From Mizuhopecten yessoensis (Eukaryota), in assembly GCF_002113885.1 (NCBI RefSeq), contig NW_018406620.1:252680-316679 (forward strand): a DNA stretch of 64,000 nucleotides, read 5' to 3'. Every line of letters begins with the position of its first letter. The stretch's first letter is position 1. The position numbers were made by a program, and so were the translations under genes. Shown here piece by piece: positions 24,245 through 38,500 of the stretch. Below the pieces are notes generated by a model, which was not told the DNA's origin, searched no databases, and worked only from the letters and a program-made list of their open reading frames with translations.

Positions 24245-24661
24245 GTAAGTCATCCATTACTAGCGTGCCTCACTTTGGCTAGATAGATATACAATGTATG
24301 CATTCCACGGCTAAGGTTATGCATTTTGTGTCATCCTCACGTATACATCATATGGAAATGTAGGATGTAGTAAACTTAAGACAACCACATTCAGGCTATT
24401 AGGTGATTAGGTATTTTGATGTGACATCTTACTCATCTTCGGTCAAATACAGCATTCGAAGCAGGATGTGATATTGGTCACTTGGTGATGTTTGAGACAT
24501 GAATGATCAAAGTTTGGTTTGGTTTTTGATAAGGTTTAACGTCCTGTTAACAGCTAAGGTCATTTAAGGACATATAGTTTGTATTTCTATGTGTGTACTG
24601 TATGCGTGTATGTGTGTTTTAGGCGATATGCTGGTTAATTTGCTTTCGTTCATAGTGTAAG

Positions 24662-25048
24662 TGATTGATTGAGTGATCGGTATTACGTCCGCTTCACTAC
24701 CGAGAGGTTCGGTTATCCAGCAGACGAAGAAAGCTAGGAAAATGAGTAGGAGGAATAATGTATGGAACGAAGGTATAGAAAGGTAGGACAGAGGAGAGAA
24801 GGATTAGAAGGATCCTTTTCGTGCGAGGTTGGACAGTTCTCACACGGGCTAACATTTATAGTCTCATCCAACGGACTGTGTGTTAGTGGTTAGTGGTTAG
24901 GTACTGTTGTTTTTTTTTGTGGTCCGTTCATGTAGACCGCTCCTCATCACTCGTCACTTAAAATAAAGCTGACTGTACTTAACCAATGTCCTCTTTCTTA
25001 TAACCTCACCATGTCTGTCACTTAGTTGTGTTCATTGTTCCGACATTT
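24662..25048 (-). mobile_element. Second copy of the 3928-4615 retroposon, internally deleted
   Basis: Reverse complement matches both ends of the first copy (TACGTCCGCTTCACTACCGAG; GGACAGTTCTCACACGGG; TTCCGACATTT) but lacks about 300 bp of the middle. Confidence 0.75.
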
Positions 25049-28000
25049 CATGTTTTTAATGTATAGTGTAATTATTAATAAGGGGGGGAAAGGGGGAGGC
25101 TATTATATTGAAAACTGGTGAAGCAGTTGCTGCGATTACCTGCAATGCTGAACGTGAAACAGGTAAAACGACTCCGATTAATTTGAAGATATTACAGAGA
25201 ATACGCATTAACATATAAAAACGAATGCCAAATGTATAAACCCATCGTTGTTAGCAGTGCTGTGTTCATTTAGTTATTTTAAATTTCTACAAGAGAGAAC
25301 AAACTCGATATACTTCTCTTAATTGCAACATTTGACTCCTCTATGTTCCCTCTCGTACTGACCCCAGTTTTTCCAGCGATTCCTTCCGTTGTCAGAGTAA
25401 TATGAACCATTCGGGATAACTGGCGACCTTGTCATTGTAATGCATTTCAATGTGATGACCATTCAAAGTAGTGTCATCAGTAGTTGTCATTACGGTACAT
25501 ATATAACAACTGCTACAATATTCTTTTAGTTGTGCTATATAAATCTTTTCACAATCACGTATCTGTTTTTACACATTAGTGCAAAATAGCTTACAAAGTT
25601 TTCAAATCCTCAATGTGTTACAAGTATAATCCGATTAACAGTAACCCATGTTGTTATGACATTACTGTTTGTAGATTTTAACTATTGCACAATTGAAAGA
25701 AATGGCAATTGAAATCTTGAAGGGTCAGGAAACCCTTATCACTTGAACTAGGTACCTGCTATTGGGACAAAATTAGGAATGTGTTCATTCAACAACGCAG
25801 TAAGTAGATAAAAGTCCCAAGCTAATATAATAAACAAACAAGACTCTTGAGCTGTGATTCAATATAGTTCATAACGGGCTTGTTTGCATTTCAGTTTAAC
25901 ACTGGGAGCACAGGGACGTGTCAGATTAACGATCCGATCGATTTTTTAATATAAATTGCCAGATACACGAAGAAATACAACGTTATACGTTTGGTATGGT
26001 AGATGTTTAAAATGCAAGTATTCTGTTTCGTAAATGTGTAAACACACCAGGGTCCAAATCTCAATGGCTGATAAGCTTAACATTTGTTTTGTAAACTTTG
26101 TTGACCTTTTTTAACAAAATAAAGAAATGTTACAAAATATTTTATGTGTCCTATCTTCAGCAGATTACTATGAATCTCCATTAATGCAACGCTTATTTCA
26201 ATTTCACTTTTTGTGTGAAAGTATACCTGATTAAAGTTCTGTGTTAACTTTTTGTTAAGTTAACAATACTTTGAACTTCTTGGCCCTGGCGAAAAACTCA
26301 CACCGATAAACTGATTTAAAAATGATGATGAAAATCACGGTGTCATTTGCATGCTCAGAATATGACTAGTATTTTACATCTTGTTTAGCGTAATATGATA
26401 TTTTGTTCGAGAGCTCATTTACCATATCCTATTTCTTTAACCTTAGATTAAATACTAAAATTATTTCGTTTTGGTTTTTTTAAATCAGAAAAAAAGCAGA
26501 CATATTTTGGTATTTGACATATGCAATGAATGGACATTTAAGCTCAGACGGGTTAATTGCGCTAGTGCAAATAGAACATTGATTATATTTAAATGTTTTT
26601 GAAATCGGCAAACATGTAAGTTTCAAAGACCTTTCAAACATATTTGACATCCTATGATGAAAAGATAAGCCGTGCTAATGTTTGAATAGAAGAAAAGCAA
26701 TAAAACTCAATACTTTTACAGAATTGATTGTCGTTAGAGTACTTATCGTTTTGAGAATAATTGAAGTTGACATAAAATCAAACATTAACGATCGAAAACA
26801 AGACGAAAAGGAAAAGAACAAAACAAGTTTTTATATATAAAACAACGGCAAATAAGAGGTAATTAATTTATCTCTCCTCACATCAAGCTTGGAATGCCAG
26901 ATTGTCTGTGAATGGTTCAGCTTTCCATCACAGGGGTTCTCAGACTTGTGCCCACTTCAGGTCTTTCGTCTACAAATATTGACACAAATAATTACAATTG
27001 ACCCTAGGCATACAGAGTATTAAACCCCGATATTCTACAGTGTAGCTTTAGATTTGCATGTGACTATTCCAGCAAAATCTAAGATTCGTCAGCATGGTTC
27101 TCGTATGTTTGTGATCAAACAGGTCCGCAACCCATCGATCTCATATTCCGATCAGAAATGCATTCATCAGTTATACGCATAGCTAGATTAAATCTGTTTC
27201 TTCTCCTACTCCCTTTTTCGTATTGAAATATTTGATATTTTTTTTAAAAATGTCAAATTTCTTACATTTAGATAATAATTATGAATCTATAGGAATACAG
27301 GATACGAAATTCCATGAAAAATATCGGAAGAAAAAGAAATAATTACTTTACGTGAAGCTAACTTGCCATGGCGATGTTGACTTGATAAATCAGGTACTCA
27401 ATCGTGTGTTAAAGGAATGGAAATAGATTCCGTATTTGGCCTGGTTGAACGTACCTATATAGAAACATCAATATCACATGCAAGTTTCCTGATTGATTAT
27501 TTTTCCCTGTTTATATTTTCCGAATTATTTATCAATAAAAATGAAGTCATGAACGGATATTCATAAACATTGTTATAGTACTGTTGGATTGCTGTTTACA
27601 GAGGCGTCCGGGATGAACACGTATGGCAAGTAAGTTAGCTTTAATTTGTGAAGTTTTATTCAGTTTGCAAAGATAAGTGTCGTTCATCTACATCCTTAAG
27701 CATACGTATCGTGGTCTTTTACGTGTAATTAAAAGTAAGACAAAATGCAAAAGTGGTAGTTCTATAACATGGTGTGTTATTGGTGGACACGCATGGCTGC
27801 AAACCAGTTGTCATAAACCACTCAAGCATGCATCAACCGCAAATTCTGTCATCCGGAAATCTCGACCTAGGGCAAAAAATTGTTAGCACAAAGGCATGCT
27901 TACGGTGTACGGTTCTAGTAATAGAAAATACACCTAAAATAGCAGTATTCGGCCTAAACCACGGCTGTCTGGTGTTTATATATAGTTTCGTCCTGTTCTG

Positions 28001-28150
28001 ACACACTGAACGAAACAGACGGTGACTGATTGAGAGTATACAGGATTTGTAGATGCAGATATTGGATTATGTAACAAGAAACATTAAAACCTTCGCATTT
28101 ACACTATGTAGTGATACTCTATATATACGAGACTCTTTCTATATGTGTAG

Positions 28151-28195
28151 AAACCGGACGACGTTGTGGATATGACGGTGTACACTCTCGGACAG
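28151..28195 (+). other. Candidate 5' (UTR) exon
   Basis: tgtag/ ... CAG/gtttgt; no homology support. Confidence 0.25.
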
Positions 28196-29423
28196 GTTTG
28201 TTTTGTTTGTGTTGATTTTGTATAGGAAGTACGTACTCCACGTGCCGGCATAGATATGCTAGTCATCAGGGCCGGCAATACAGATAGCGGTTCAGGGTCG
28301 AGGACACACTACTAAACACTAAGGACTGGGACAGGAGAGTGATATTTTCAGTGTAAGATATTTATATTGTTATAGCCAAATTGTTCTGCAAGTGGCTTGC
28401 GACCTTTGTAAGCATGTCAGTCGTTTTACAAAAAGAAGTTTAAAATTTGTCAATATTTAGATGTTAACGTTAATTTTCTATTTTGATTTATGCAGCATAC
28501 AAGTGGTTTCTTACAGTAACACGCGTTTTTACTCTACGTTGTGAATATATGGGATATTGACTATTTCTGTCTACAACACGGATACGGATGTAAAATGGCA
28601 ACCTCTAATGGTGCACGTGGGAATACATGTATCTACAACTGAAATGTGACATGATAGAGCACTGATGTCGATTTTATTCTCATGGGATGAGGAATTCACT
28701 GGAAATTACGCGTTATTAATTTATACCTAATTGTGTTATATCTTATAGAACGAACTGATCTAGTATTGTTATATTGTCGATCAATAACCAGGGAGGGTAT
28801 TTTCAGGATTTTTGTTACTTATAATGAAATATTTAATAGTGATTTGAATTTCTTATTTTTATAACGAGAAAAAGACCGTGTTTGGTTCAATATTTAACAA
28901 GAGAAAAGCTTTATACACCACATTATTACAAGTACTGACTTGGAAATATTGGTGCCAGTGTTGGGATTAGCTATCAAATCAAGTGCACACTTTGCCTTTT
29001 GACAACCACTGACACTCAACGATCAAGGCGACTAAGAAAAAGCAGAACGTAAACGCCGGTTAGAAACCCCGGTATCACCTTGTGGTGTATTAACGAATTA
29101 CCAAGTGTTCGCCTCTGTGAAGTCAGGTATACCAAGCAAGTCATGTTACAAATAATAAAAAGTCACAACTGAAAAAGTGAGTTTTCCGGTTTCGTTAAGT
29201 GAAAATATCACTACATCAACAACCGAGCAGGATGTCTTTTTTAGTTGTAGTTTTCCTTTTACGATCATCTCATCTGGCTGGAAATTTAACTTATTGGAAT
29301 TTCGTCTCAAAGGTCTGCTACATAGCACCTTACTGCATTTGTATGGTGATTAGCTGTACGATTTATGCCTATTGTTTCACATCTCGTTTGTGTATTTATT
29401 AGTCTTCGTTTTTCATATTTTAG

Positions 29424-29495
29424 AATCGAACAACATGAACCAATGTTCACACGTGCCATGAAGGCCATCAATACGTAAAGGATGCGGATTGAAAG
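29424..29495 (+). other. Candidate alternative 5' exon carrying ATG 29482 (MRIE|R)
   Basis: ttttag/ ... AAG/gtaggt; ATG after an in-frame TAA; phase 2 compatible with 53628. Confidence 0.35.
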
Positions 29496-31544
29496 GTAGG
29501 TAATTCTTAACACGTTTCATAAATTGCATTTGTGATGCTTGTCATTTGATGATCATTTGAAATCTGTTTTGAGGAATTCATAACAAAGGAAAATACTCCA
29601 TGAAGACAATTACTATTTCATATCTCTTATTCTCATAAGATCCACAATTATCTTAATTTGTATTTAACTACACGTTCCTACTTACATTTCACCTCTCCCT
29701 ACATGTATATTTATATATTAAGTTGGTGTGTGTGCTCCATGTGTTCTGTATGGTGACAGAAGGTATTGAAAACCATCTTACATGTACTGTACACGGATGT
29801 TTAGCCCATGAACTTTAGTCCAAATGAGGAAGTACGTGGTAAGTCATTTGTGACACATGTGTGTAAACTTCCTCAGTGTCATACTGTACAGTAGTGTTGA
29901 CTATTTGACTTGATACATGTAAAAATATTCAAACTGAAGTATCTTTTCTGCGACACAAAATTAAAAACTAACACACCTAAGACAAATCATGCTTTCTAGT
30001 GGTCATAAATTTACAATTTGATATTGTAATTAAGAAAAGTCTGACCTAATTTAATACAAATAGTGCAAATGTCCCCGCTACGATACACTCATTCCGATAT
30101 TTACACTTTCAAACGGGTTTGCTTTTTAACGGTATCTCGTAGAGGTTTATTTTGACATTAGACAGACATATCTCTATTCTTAGCAATACGAGATTCTTAC
30201 AGTCAGCTACCTCACTGTATAAGTACCAAGTAATATTGGTTGAACCTTTATATTCAAATTATTTCATCTGAATCTTTGAGAAAACACTAGACCTGATTTA
30301 TCCCGCTACATTATCGTATGAAGCGACTAATGTGGTCGACATGCAGATTTGTTTGGTTTTCCTCTTTATCGTTTCATTGTCTACAACATTGTTTATTTAA
30401 GTGTTTCTATCAACCGTGGACATCGTTTTCATGTGGCATTACCGAGACACAACCCCTATGCAAATAAACAAAGCAACCAAACATCAGCGTCATTCCTTTT
30501 TAAAAAGTTAATTTACCGCATGGCCCGGTATGACCTTACGTTTTTGGGACGTTAAAAATTAAAAGTAACTTTTATTTTATCAACTTAAATTAAGTGTTCT
30601 TGTTCACCACATGTAAATGGCAGGGGAAAATCTGTCGCGATGTTGTTGTTATGGTAGTGGCATACCTAAAACACCTTTCTTCTATTTTACTAGCTGATTT
30701 ATGTCTAAGTTAATCAACAGATATTACATTTTCACATTTTTACCTGTAGCGTATAAGTACATAGCTAAGACCCGTGTGTGGTATATCAAAATGTTCACAT
30801 TAATTCCATATTGAAATCGACTGCTTAAATGACAGTATCAACAAATTTCTCATTCCTGTAATCGTGTACATTTATAACATGTATATATAACTTTGTACCG
30901 TACTTAAATAACCTGGGATACACCTATATATATATATGTTACCTGTAGATTGAGTAGGCCAATGAAAGCCCTATGGGCACGAGTCGTGTCTTCTCTAGTG
31001 CTTGTAAGGGTCTGCGGAACACTAGTGTGTTAACGTGTAAAACTATTCATACAAAATTGAGATAATGACTTGAAGTCGGACCTATTGTATTGACTTGAAT
31101 GTTTCAGTTAACAGGTTTGGACGCTTTCTGAAAAATGTGTGACCTCGTTTCTTGAGCGAGATACCAAAGTATCAAGTTGTTTAAAGGGGACATCCTGGAA
31201 TGTTGAAATTTTATTTTTGGCACTGTTTAATAACATTTTTCTTTCTAAGATCTTTGGTGATGTTGAACATTTTATGCTTTCAATTCGAAATCGAGTAGGT
31301 TTGTTTTCTCAAGATGAAGTTCACAAAACGGCACTGCAATGATGACGATTCATACCTGTTTAAATGGATCGTTCATTACGACTAGTGCTTATCCTTACAA
31401 CGCAAATTCCATAGACATGCTGCAGCGCATTCTTAGGAAAAAAGATATCATTTATAATGAGTTATGCTAAATAGTAAATAATGATACGTTATTATCTTAG
31501 TGAAAGAAAGAATGGATCGCAAACTTCACATTTATTACATAACA

Positions 31545-31960
31545 TAGATATCTCATATACTTTAGGACATATCTCAGACACTAATTGATCTATCATAATT
31601 TATCATATGACATATCTCTGCTAAATTCGAATGTATCTTTTACTTCATTTACATATATCTCTGTTATACTTAAAGATATATCTGTTACCAAACAAAGATA
31701 TATCGTCAAATCTTTTAAAGATATATCTATTTCAAATAGTATGAGATATCGTCATTTTTTTAAAAGATGTATTTTTTACCAAACTGTATGAGATATCGTC
31801 AATTAATTTAAAAAAATATATCTAAAATCAAATTACATGTGATATCGTCAATTTATTTAAAGACATATATATATATATATATATATTGCCAAATTATATA
31901 ATATATAACAAAATAATTTAAAGATATCTCTATTCAAATTTAAGATAACTCTTATAATTG
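31545..31960. repeat. AT-rich degenerate repeat (AAAGATATATCT / GATATCGTCA units)
   Basis: Repeated TTAAAGATAT(A/C)TCT and TATGAGATATCGTCA motifs. Confidence 0.65.
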
Positions 31961-32288
31961 TGTTATCCTTTTTTGGGTATTAATTATTATAATAGCTTGC
32001 CATTAATATGCTTCAATACATATCAACAAATCTACTGACTCCACCTTTTAATCAACCCTTATTTAGAGCCTCAACGTTTGTTATCACTCGATTGGTGAGG
32101 TATTATAGGTTTTGGTGTCCTATTACATTGTAACAGCTCGGGTCTTTTAAGACGTGTCTCAGTATGCTGTAATGTATATGTGTATGCGTTTATGTGTGTA
32201 ACATGTTATCAATATACATTTTTTGACCTCAACCATTAAGATATAAGTTTAATTGCAAAATGATATCTAAATAAAGCTTTCAGAGTAA

Positions 32289-32524
32289 AGTAATTTGTTT
32301 AAGATGTCCTTGTTTTTTGACAGCGGTTAAATCTTGTTCAAAGCCTCCCAAACGAAACCACTCTGTTCTGTATTAGGAATTTATTCCTAACTCACAATCT
32401 TTCATAGTACAGTAATTTGTATAAGACGCCCTTACAAAATTTTGTTTTTGACAGCGGTGAGAAATCTTGGCTTGTCTAAAATGCCTACCTATCGAAACTG
32501 CCTCATGCTGTATTGGGAATTTAG
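32289..32524. repeat. Diverged ~120-bp tandem duplication
   Basis: AGTAATTTGT.TAAGA...TTTTGACAGCGGT...CGAAAC...CTGTATT.GGAATTTA occurs twice. Confidence 0.8.
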
Positions 32525-35500
32525 ATTATAAGAAGTTAGAGATAAATCGAGTAGCAACCAACCTGACGGAAGGTATGTGAGCGTCGTTTATCAGGCGTAA
32601 ACGTTACAGCTGTGATAGCACTAATGAGTATGTACATGTACCAATAAAAGTAAGTAAACCTGTTAACAAGAGCATATATGTATTACGTAGATATAAAATA
32701 CGTTTCCTATACAACAGCCCTGGATATAACACGAAGTTTGGCATGCCGTCTGGTTGCTGTGTATAACAGGCGGGAAGTATATATCATTTGGTGTTTTCCC
32801 CTGATTTCTACGTTTTTGAAGTCATTTGAAGTCCAAAGCTGACATTTCTGTCCTAATGACAAATCCTAACTATTGTTGAACAACAGAATCAGCTACTATC
32901 AGACACATAACTAGTCACAAGGTCAGACGACAGAGCGAAATAGGTTACGTCTCGGAGGTGATATGAGTTGAAAATTGGCACTCGTCGGACTTAATATAAT
33001 GGAATCAATTCTTGTTACTTGTAAGTACTATGTTGATAATCCCGTACATGTATCATAAAACTTGTCAATGTAAGACATCACTTACAGTGAAAGGGATTTG
33101 CAAATCGGATCCTTATCATATTTGCTAATAATCACTCGTTAAATTCGATATAGCAAAGTACGTTTACTATTGTTAAGGGATCCCTCCGAGTAAAACTTGA
33201 ACCTTATAAAACGAGCAGGAAAAAGTTTACTTTTTTGTTTTGTTTTTTTGCATCGTAAAGTTTCATCTTATTTCAAGTAGGTGTTTCCTTTCTTTGCATT
33301 TTAGTAATTATTCTAGAAAGGACAGTATTGTACAAGAATACTGATTTCAGGATAATTAATTTTATTCTTTCTTTAGTAGTAACATACCGGCTTGCCCTTC
33401 CTTACGTATAACAATCGATGTGCTGCTCTAGTTAATGTTTTAAGTAGCAAGCAGGATTTGCAGCATAGATGTGTCATCTTGACAAATATATTACGTAGTC
33501 AGGGCTGTCTACCAGAGACGCTTCAGTAGGCGTTGAATAAGCGTAGGTCATCAGCATAACCGGCTTGTCAACAATTATAAAGCAGTGTCGACTTCTTTAC
33601 CTTTTGTTAGATCGTTGATTAGCTGCACAATATCATTGTTTGACGAGAGACGTCATGGTGGGTACCATATGTGGCGCCGGAAACGCTTAACCTTTAACAT
33701 GATTCACGTCCTGTTTATTGTGACACTTTTAAAATTTCATTCTTTTGTCCTTCGTAGCCAAACTCATTTCAACTCAGTCCTTGTATGATGAGGTTGTGGT
33801 ATACTTTCTGTTTCACTCCTTAAAACAATACCACGGAAATAAATATTTACGAATATTGAAACAGTGCCAGTAAGCAGTGATGTATCAGTGATTTGGCATT
33901 TTGGTATTTTCTAATATCAGTAGTTTCAGATAAATTAAAAGATAAATATTTTTAAACTATGTAGATTATATTATTCGTGTTTTAATTTATCGCTTAATTT
34001 GTGTATGCTAATCCACACTGAATGTTGATTTTTTATCTGTAAAGTATTTTTCTGTAATTTGTTTCACGTGACCTACGATACAAACATATATAAATGTCTA
34101 AATTTAATCCTGTGTTAAAACAAGGACCGAATGCATGTACTTTTACCTCTTTCATTAAAATCAACCAAAATAATTCATTGTAGTGGACTTGTAGCAGTTA
34201 ATTTACCGGGTAGGAAATATATATCTGTGTCTGAGGTTTAATCTGGAAAGTAATTTTCTCTAAAGGCGTCTTAAACACACGTGTGGCAGACAAGAGCTGA
34301 TAACATTGTTAATTGACGGTGACGACGACGGGCCCCATTCAGCTTAATATGAGTAATAAGAGCCTTATTTACTCTCAAAGGCACTTATCAGTATATTTGG
34401 TCAGGTAAAAGGAATGTCTGTATACCTACATAATGACAGTTGGGTAACTACTTACTGGGTACTGTTAGCTTTATTATACCTAAAGCAAAATGTGATACAT
34501 TTAAACACAACAAAAACCAACAGTAGGCTCTTTATTTACAATTCATTATTTCTGACATCAAGAGAATGTTTTGAGTCTACGAAACTAAAATATGAACTCC
34601 ATTCACAGATTTGTAATGTCATATAGTAGACACATGAACTGGGGAACTGACTGTTCGTCATGGTGTGTTGACGTTCTGGTGTATGTCTGTCTCCTTTACT
34701 TATTTTTTTTTTAAAAAGAGAAAGAAATATTTTAGTGAGGCAATCTGAAACCACTATAAGAGTCGTTCACTTCACCCCAGTGTCGCCTCGCTCTAGCTAC
34801 ATAGATATGTATGTATTTTATAAAAATAAGCAATAAGTGGTTGTTTTTGTCCTTCACTTGAGTCAATGGCAGTTCCGCTGTGAAATCTCAGTCAAGCTAG
34901 CGTTGTTGAAATTAGCTTTGATAGAATACCATCACAGCGAACGTAACTTGCGTGTTGTTTTTTTATATTATTTTACAGATTGAGATCCCCATAGACACGA
35001 AACAGCCTTCGAAATAGCCGTGTATAGGGTTCTAGTGCAGGACACACCGACATGTGATACACGCATTGCTGGTATGTAAATATATTTACAAGTCTCGTCA
35101 TTAACTTGTCATAAACATCTATGCATATGATATTTCGTCCACGATGACTTTCATAAAGTAGCATGTACGTTGTCGGATATTATGAGTGTGGATCTAACAG
35201 GTGTCAGTAACAGCTTCAGATACATTTTAACAACACAGAAACGGCTTACTGCGTTTTACTGATGTTTTAAATTCATAACATATGTACTCAAATTGTTTAT
35301 ATACATTGTAAATGTTAGGAACGTAGAACGCAGTATACGACAGAGTTTTGTTTACATACATATTTTGATCGTCACTTAACTGGTAAATTACATTGTATTA
35401 TCCTAGGTGATATGACAACGCTGCAGACATTTTTTGTCTGTTCTACTATCTGTATTTCCCTTTTGATGGCGTCGCCGGGGTTAGTCTGATTTGCCCGAAT

Positions 35501-38500
35501 GATGTGACCGGGATGTAGTGTCATACTTCGTGTCCAGATTATGAGATAGTTTTTATAGAAACCCTTTAGCGGCTGCTTCATCTATAGAACCGACTTTATG
35601 AGACCTTGGCCGGATCGAAAACCCTGCACAAATATCTATTTAAACTGTTAATCTCATTGGTTTATCTCATTATGAAATTCCATTATATATGAACTAGTGT
35701 TAAAAATTAAGATTGGTAAAATAATTAATATTAATTATATCTCATTTGTTTTGTATCTAAAATGATTTTTATAAATTCAAAAGCACGTATGCATTATAAG
35801 AGTAATTCATCATTGTATTGCCACTATTTGTCCAACCGAATTACTTGGGTTATGAAAGGGTTTGGAAGGCATCCGATGCAAATTTATGAATGAACCAGTA
35901 AAAAAAGTGAACGTTCAACTATGCCGTTGTGAAGCGAGCTAGCAAATGCAACGAGGGGCATTAAATCGACGTTTAAGTGAATTCTGTGTATGTTATGAAT
36001 ACAGATCAAATAGCACAAATGAATATGTAGGTCAATTAGTTTAATAGATAGAGAGGCGAATGATTCATCTGCTTTGTGTCCAATTTGGCGTCATAATAGT
36101 CCCTATGTTTTAGATCAGGCGATGTACTTTTAAGTTTCGGGATTCAAGATGACCACAATGGTTTCCGATTGGCTGACACTTTCACATTTATAATTTGTGC
36201 TGTATCGTGCAAACTGTATAAACCGACCATCGTCAAAGAGTTAGAATTCCAGGTGGTCTATGATAGAATGAGACTTTTATTGTAATAATGTAAGTTGTTG
36301 CGCCAACTATGTTACTACTTTGTGGTACTGATACACAGCAGATATAAGTGTGCATTAAACTAAAAAGCCTATTTCTATTTTAATGATTCAAAATGGCTGC
36401 CGAGGCCTCTGATTGGTTCAAATATATATAGCTGTAACGTCAGCTAAACTGAGTTCATTGTTATTGAAAGTGCAAACCCGAATGCAGGGGTAGTTTTATG
36501 GACTTCGAAACGGTCTCTGTTACACTCAGTACTTGCTAATATTTGTTTAAATCATATTCCCATAGAAAATGTAACAGTCTCGCCTACTTCTGTCAATATA
36601 TATGAGGCCTGTTTTACAATGTCATATGGATCTATCAGGGTATTGAAATAAAATAAAACTTCTACCAGAATTGAGATATTTATTATCAGATATTATATCA
36701 AATCAATAATTCAACAACGAATGTTTCTGTAACCTGTTTGTATCATCTGGTCATTTTACAACCGTGTGCAACATTTGCATCTGTACGTAGTATACATTAC
36801 ATATAGAGATCACTACTCTGAATCTGGATCACATGAAGATTATAAAGTTTTACGGTTTTGTACTTATAGTAGGACAATTAGGATAAAGTTTATTTTAACA
36901 TTTGAGTTGAAGGGACGTGGAGTTTATAAATATTGATAAATATTTTGAAATCTGATGCCAGTTGTTCAAAGTTCTGTTAGCTTTCAAGTTAACTCATATT
37001 AAAATTTTCAAATTAAAAATTAAAAATTTGAGAAGATATTTTAACATTTCTTTTCAATATCTTTATTTTAAACCGATAAATATGAAATATTAAAGCAATA
37101 GATTAGAATATTTTAGAACATTTTAGTTAACTTTACATGAAGTGTAAGATGTACAGTCTTTAAACTCAATTGTGTTCTTGTCCATGTATTCTATGTGCAG
37201 ACATAGCTTAAAAACTATGTTTATTGCCCATGACAGGCTGTGCAATATAAATATGTTTTGACGAGGAAATATTCTGCAGCCTGACGTCAGTATCGTAATG
37301 GACATCATTATGTTGTCGTTTCACCGAGTCACAGCTTTCCTGACAAGCCTGTGACATAATAATGAAGCAAGACACACACCACAGAACTGGCTATGTCAGA
37401 CAGCAGTCCCTATGTTGTAGTGTTGAAACCTATACCATACCATAACGCAAAAATGTCCATATCGAAGCATTGAATTGCTTTCAGTTGGAATTCATTGGCA
37501 ATACCAGAACAAACTGAACAAAGCCAAAAGCAAGTTCGATGTAGCGCGTTAGTGCTTCATGTTCATGATGAATATACATTTGTCTAGTTGGCATTCATAT
37601 TACCTTTGAATGCCAACTTAAAAAAGATCAATGCTTATATTTACTATTTTCTACTATGTGCTTTTTTACCATCATTCAAATTTCCCATCCGTATCGTTGC
37701 TTAGTTCGTAATTCGTTAAACAGTCAACAGTCCAACAGGATGCAAGAATGCAATAATGATGAAGTGATTTTTTTTTGATTTTTTTTATATATTATTCATA
37801 AAAAAGAAATTGTGGGGGGGAGAGAGATTACGTCCTGGCTACAACAAATGTTATTGGAAGACGGTTTCCAAGGATGGCCGGTCAAGGTCCAATTTATAGT
37901 GCTATCTCACTGAAATGCCATAATTTCGACAAGGTACATGTACCATAACATTCCTTCCGGTTACATTATACTGACCACATGATAGCCATTGGCATATCTT
38001 ATTCAAAATTAAACGACAAGCAAAGAACAGTAAGTACCGGTATAAAGGACTTTGATTTGTATTTGTCAGGGTACATAACTTTAAACCTTCCTCGCTTTGG
38101 CGAAAGTCCATCACCAAGGCCAAAAACGAGGCATTGCCAAATCAGGCATTAGGAAACGGAAGTATACAAAAGGAAGAACTTTACAGCGAAAATGATGCAA
38201 TGGGTTCAGCAGATTTGTTTTGGTAGCTTTCATGTCCCCAAGTACAAAACACAAAAGAGAATCCCCAATTATTCAGAGTTGTTCCTCACCAGTTGCCCTC
38301 AAGTTGTTGAACAGTGGGTATATTCTTTTCTCGGCCTCCGACCTGCTGGCGTAAAGATGAAGTGAACAATCGGTCGTGGCTCCCATATCTGGTATGAATG
38401 CCATTCCAATTCAGTGGCGTTGGATAGTGATATCGGTATGCAATTGTATATTGTCATAGAGGTATTTTGGAGTATCTCCCCAACGCTAAGTCCTTCAGTA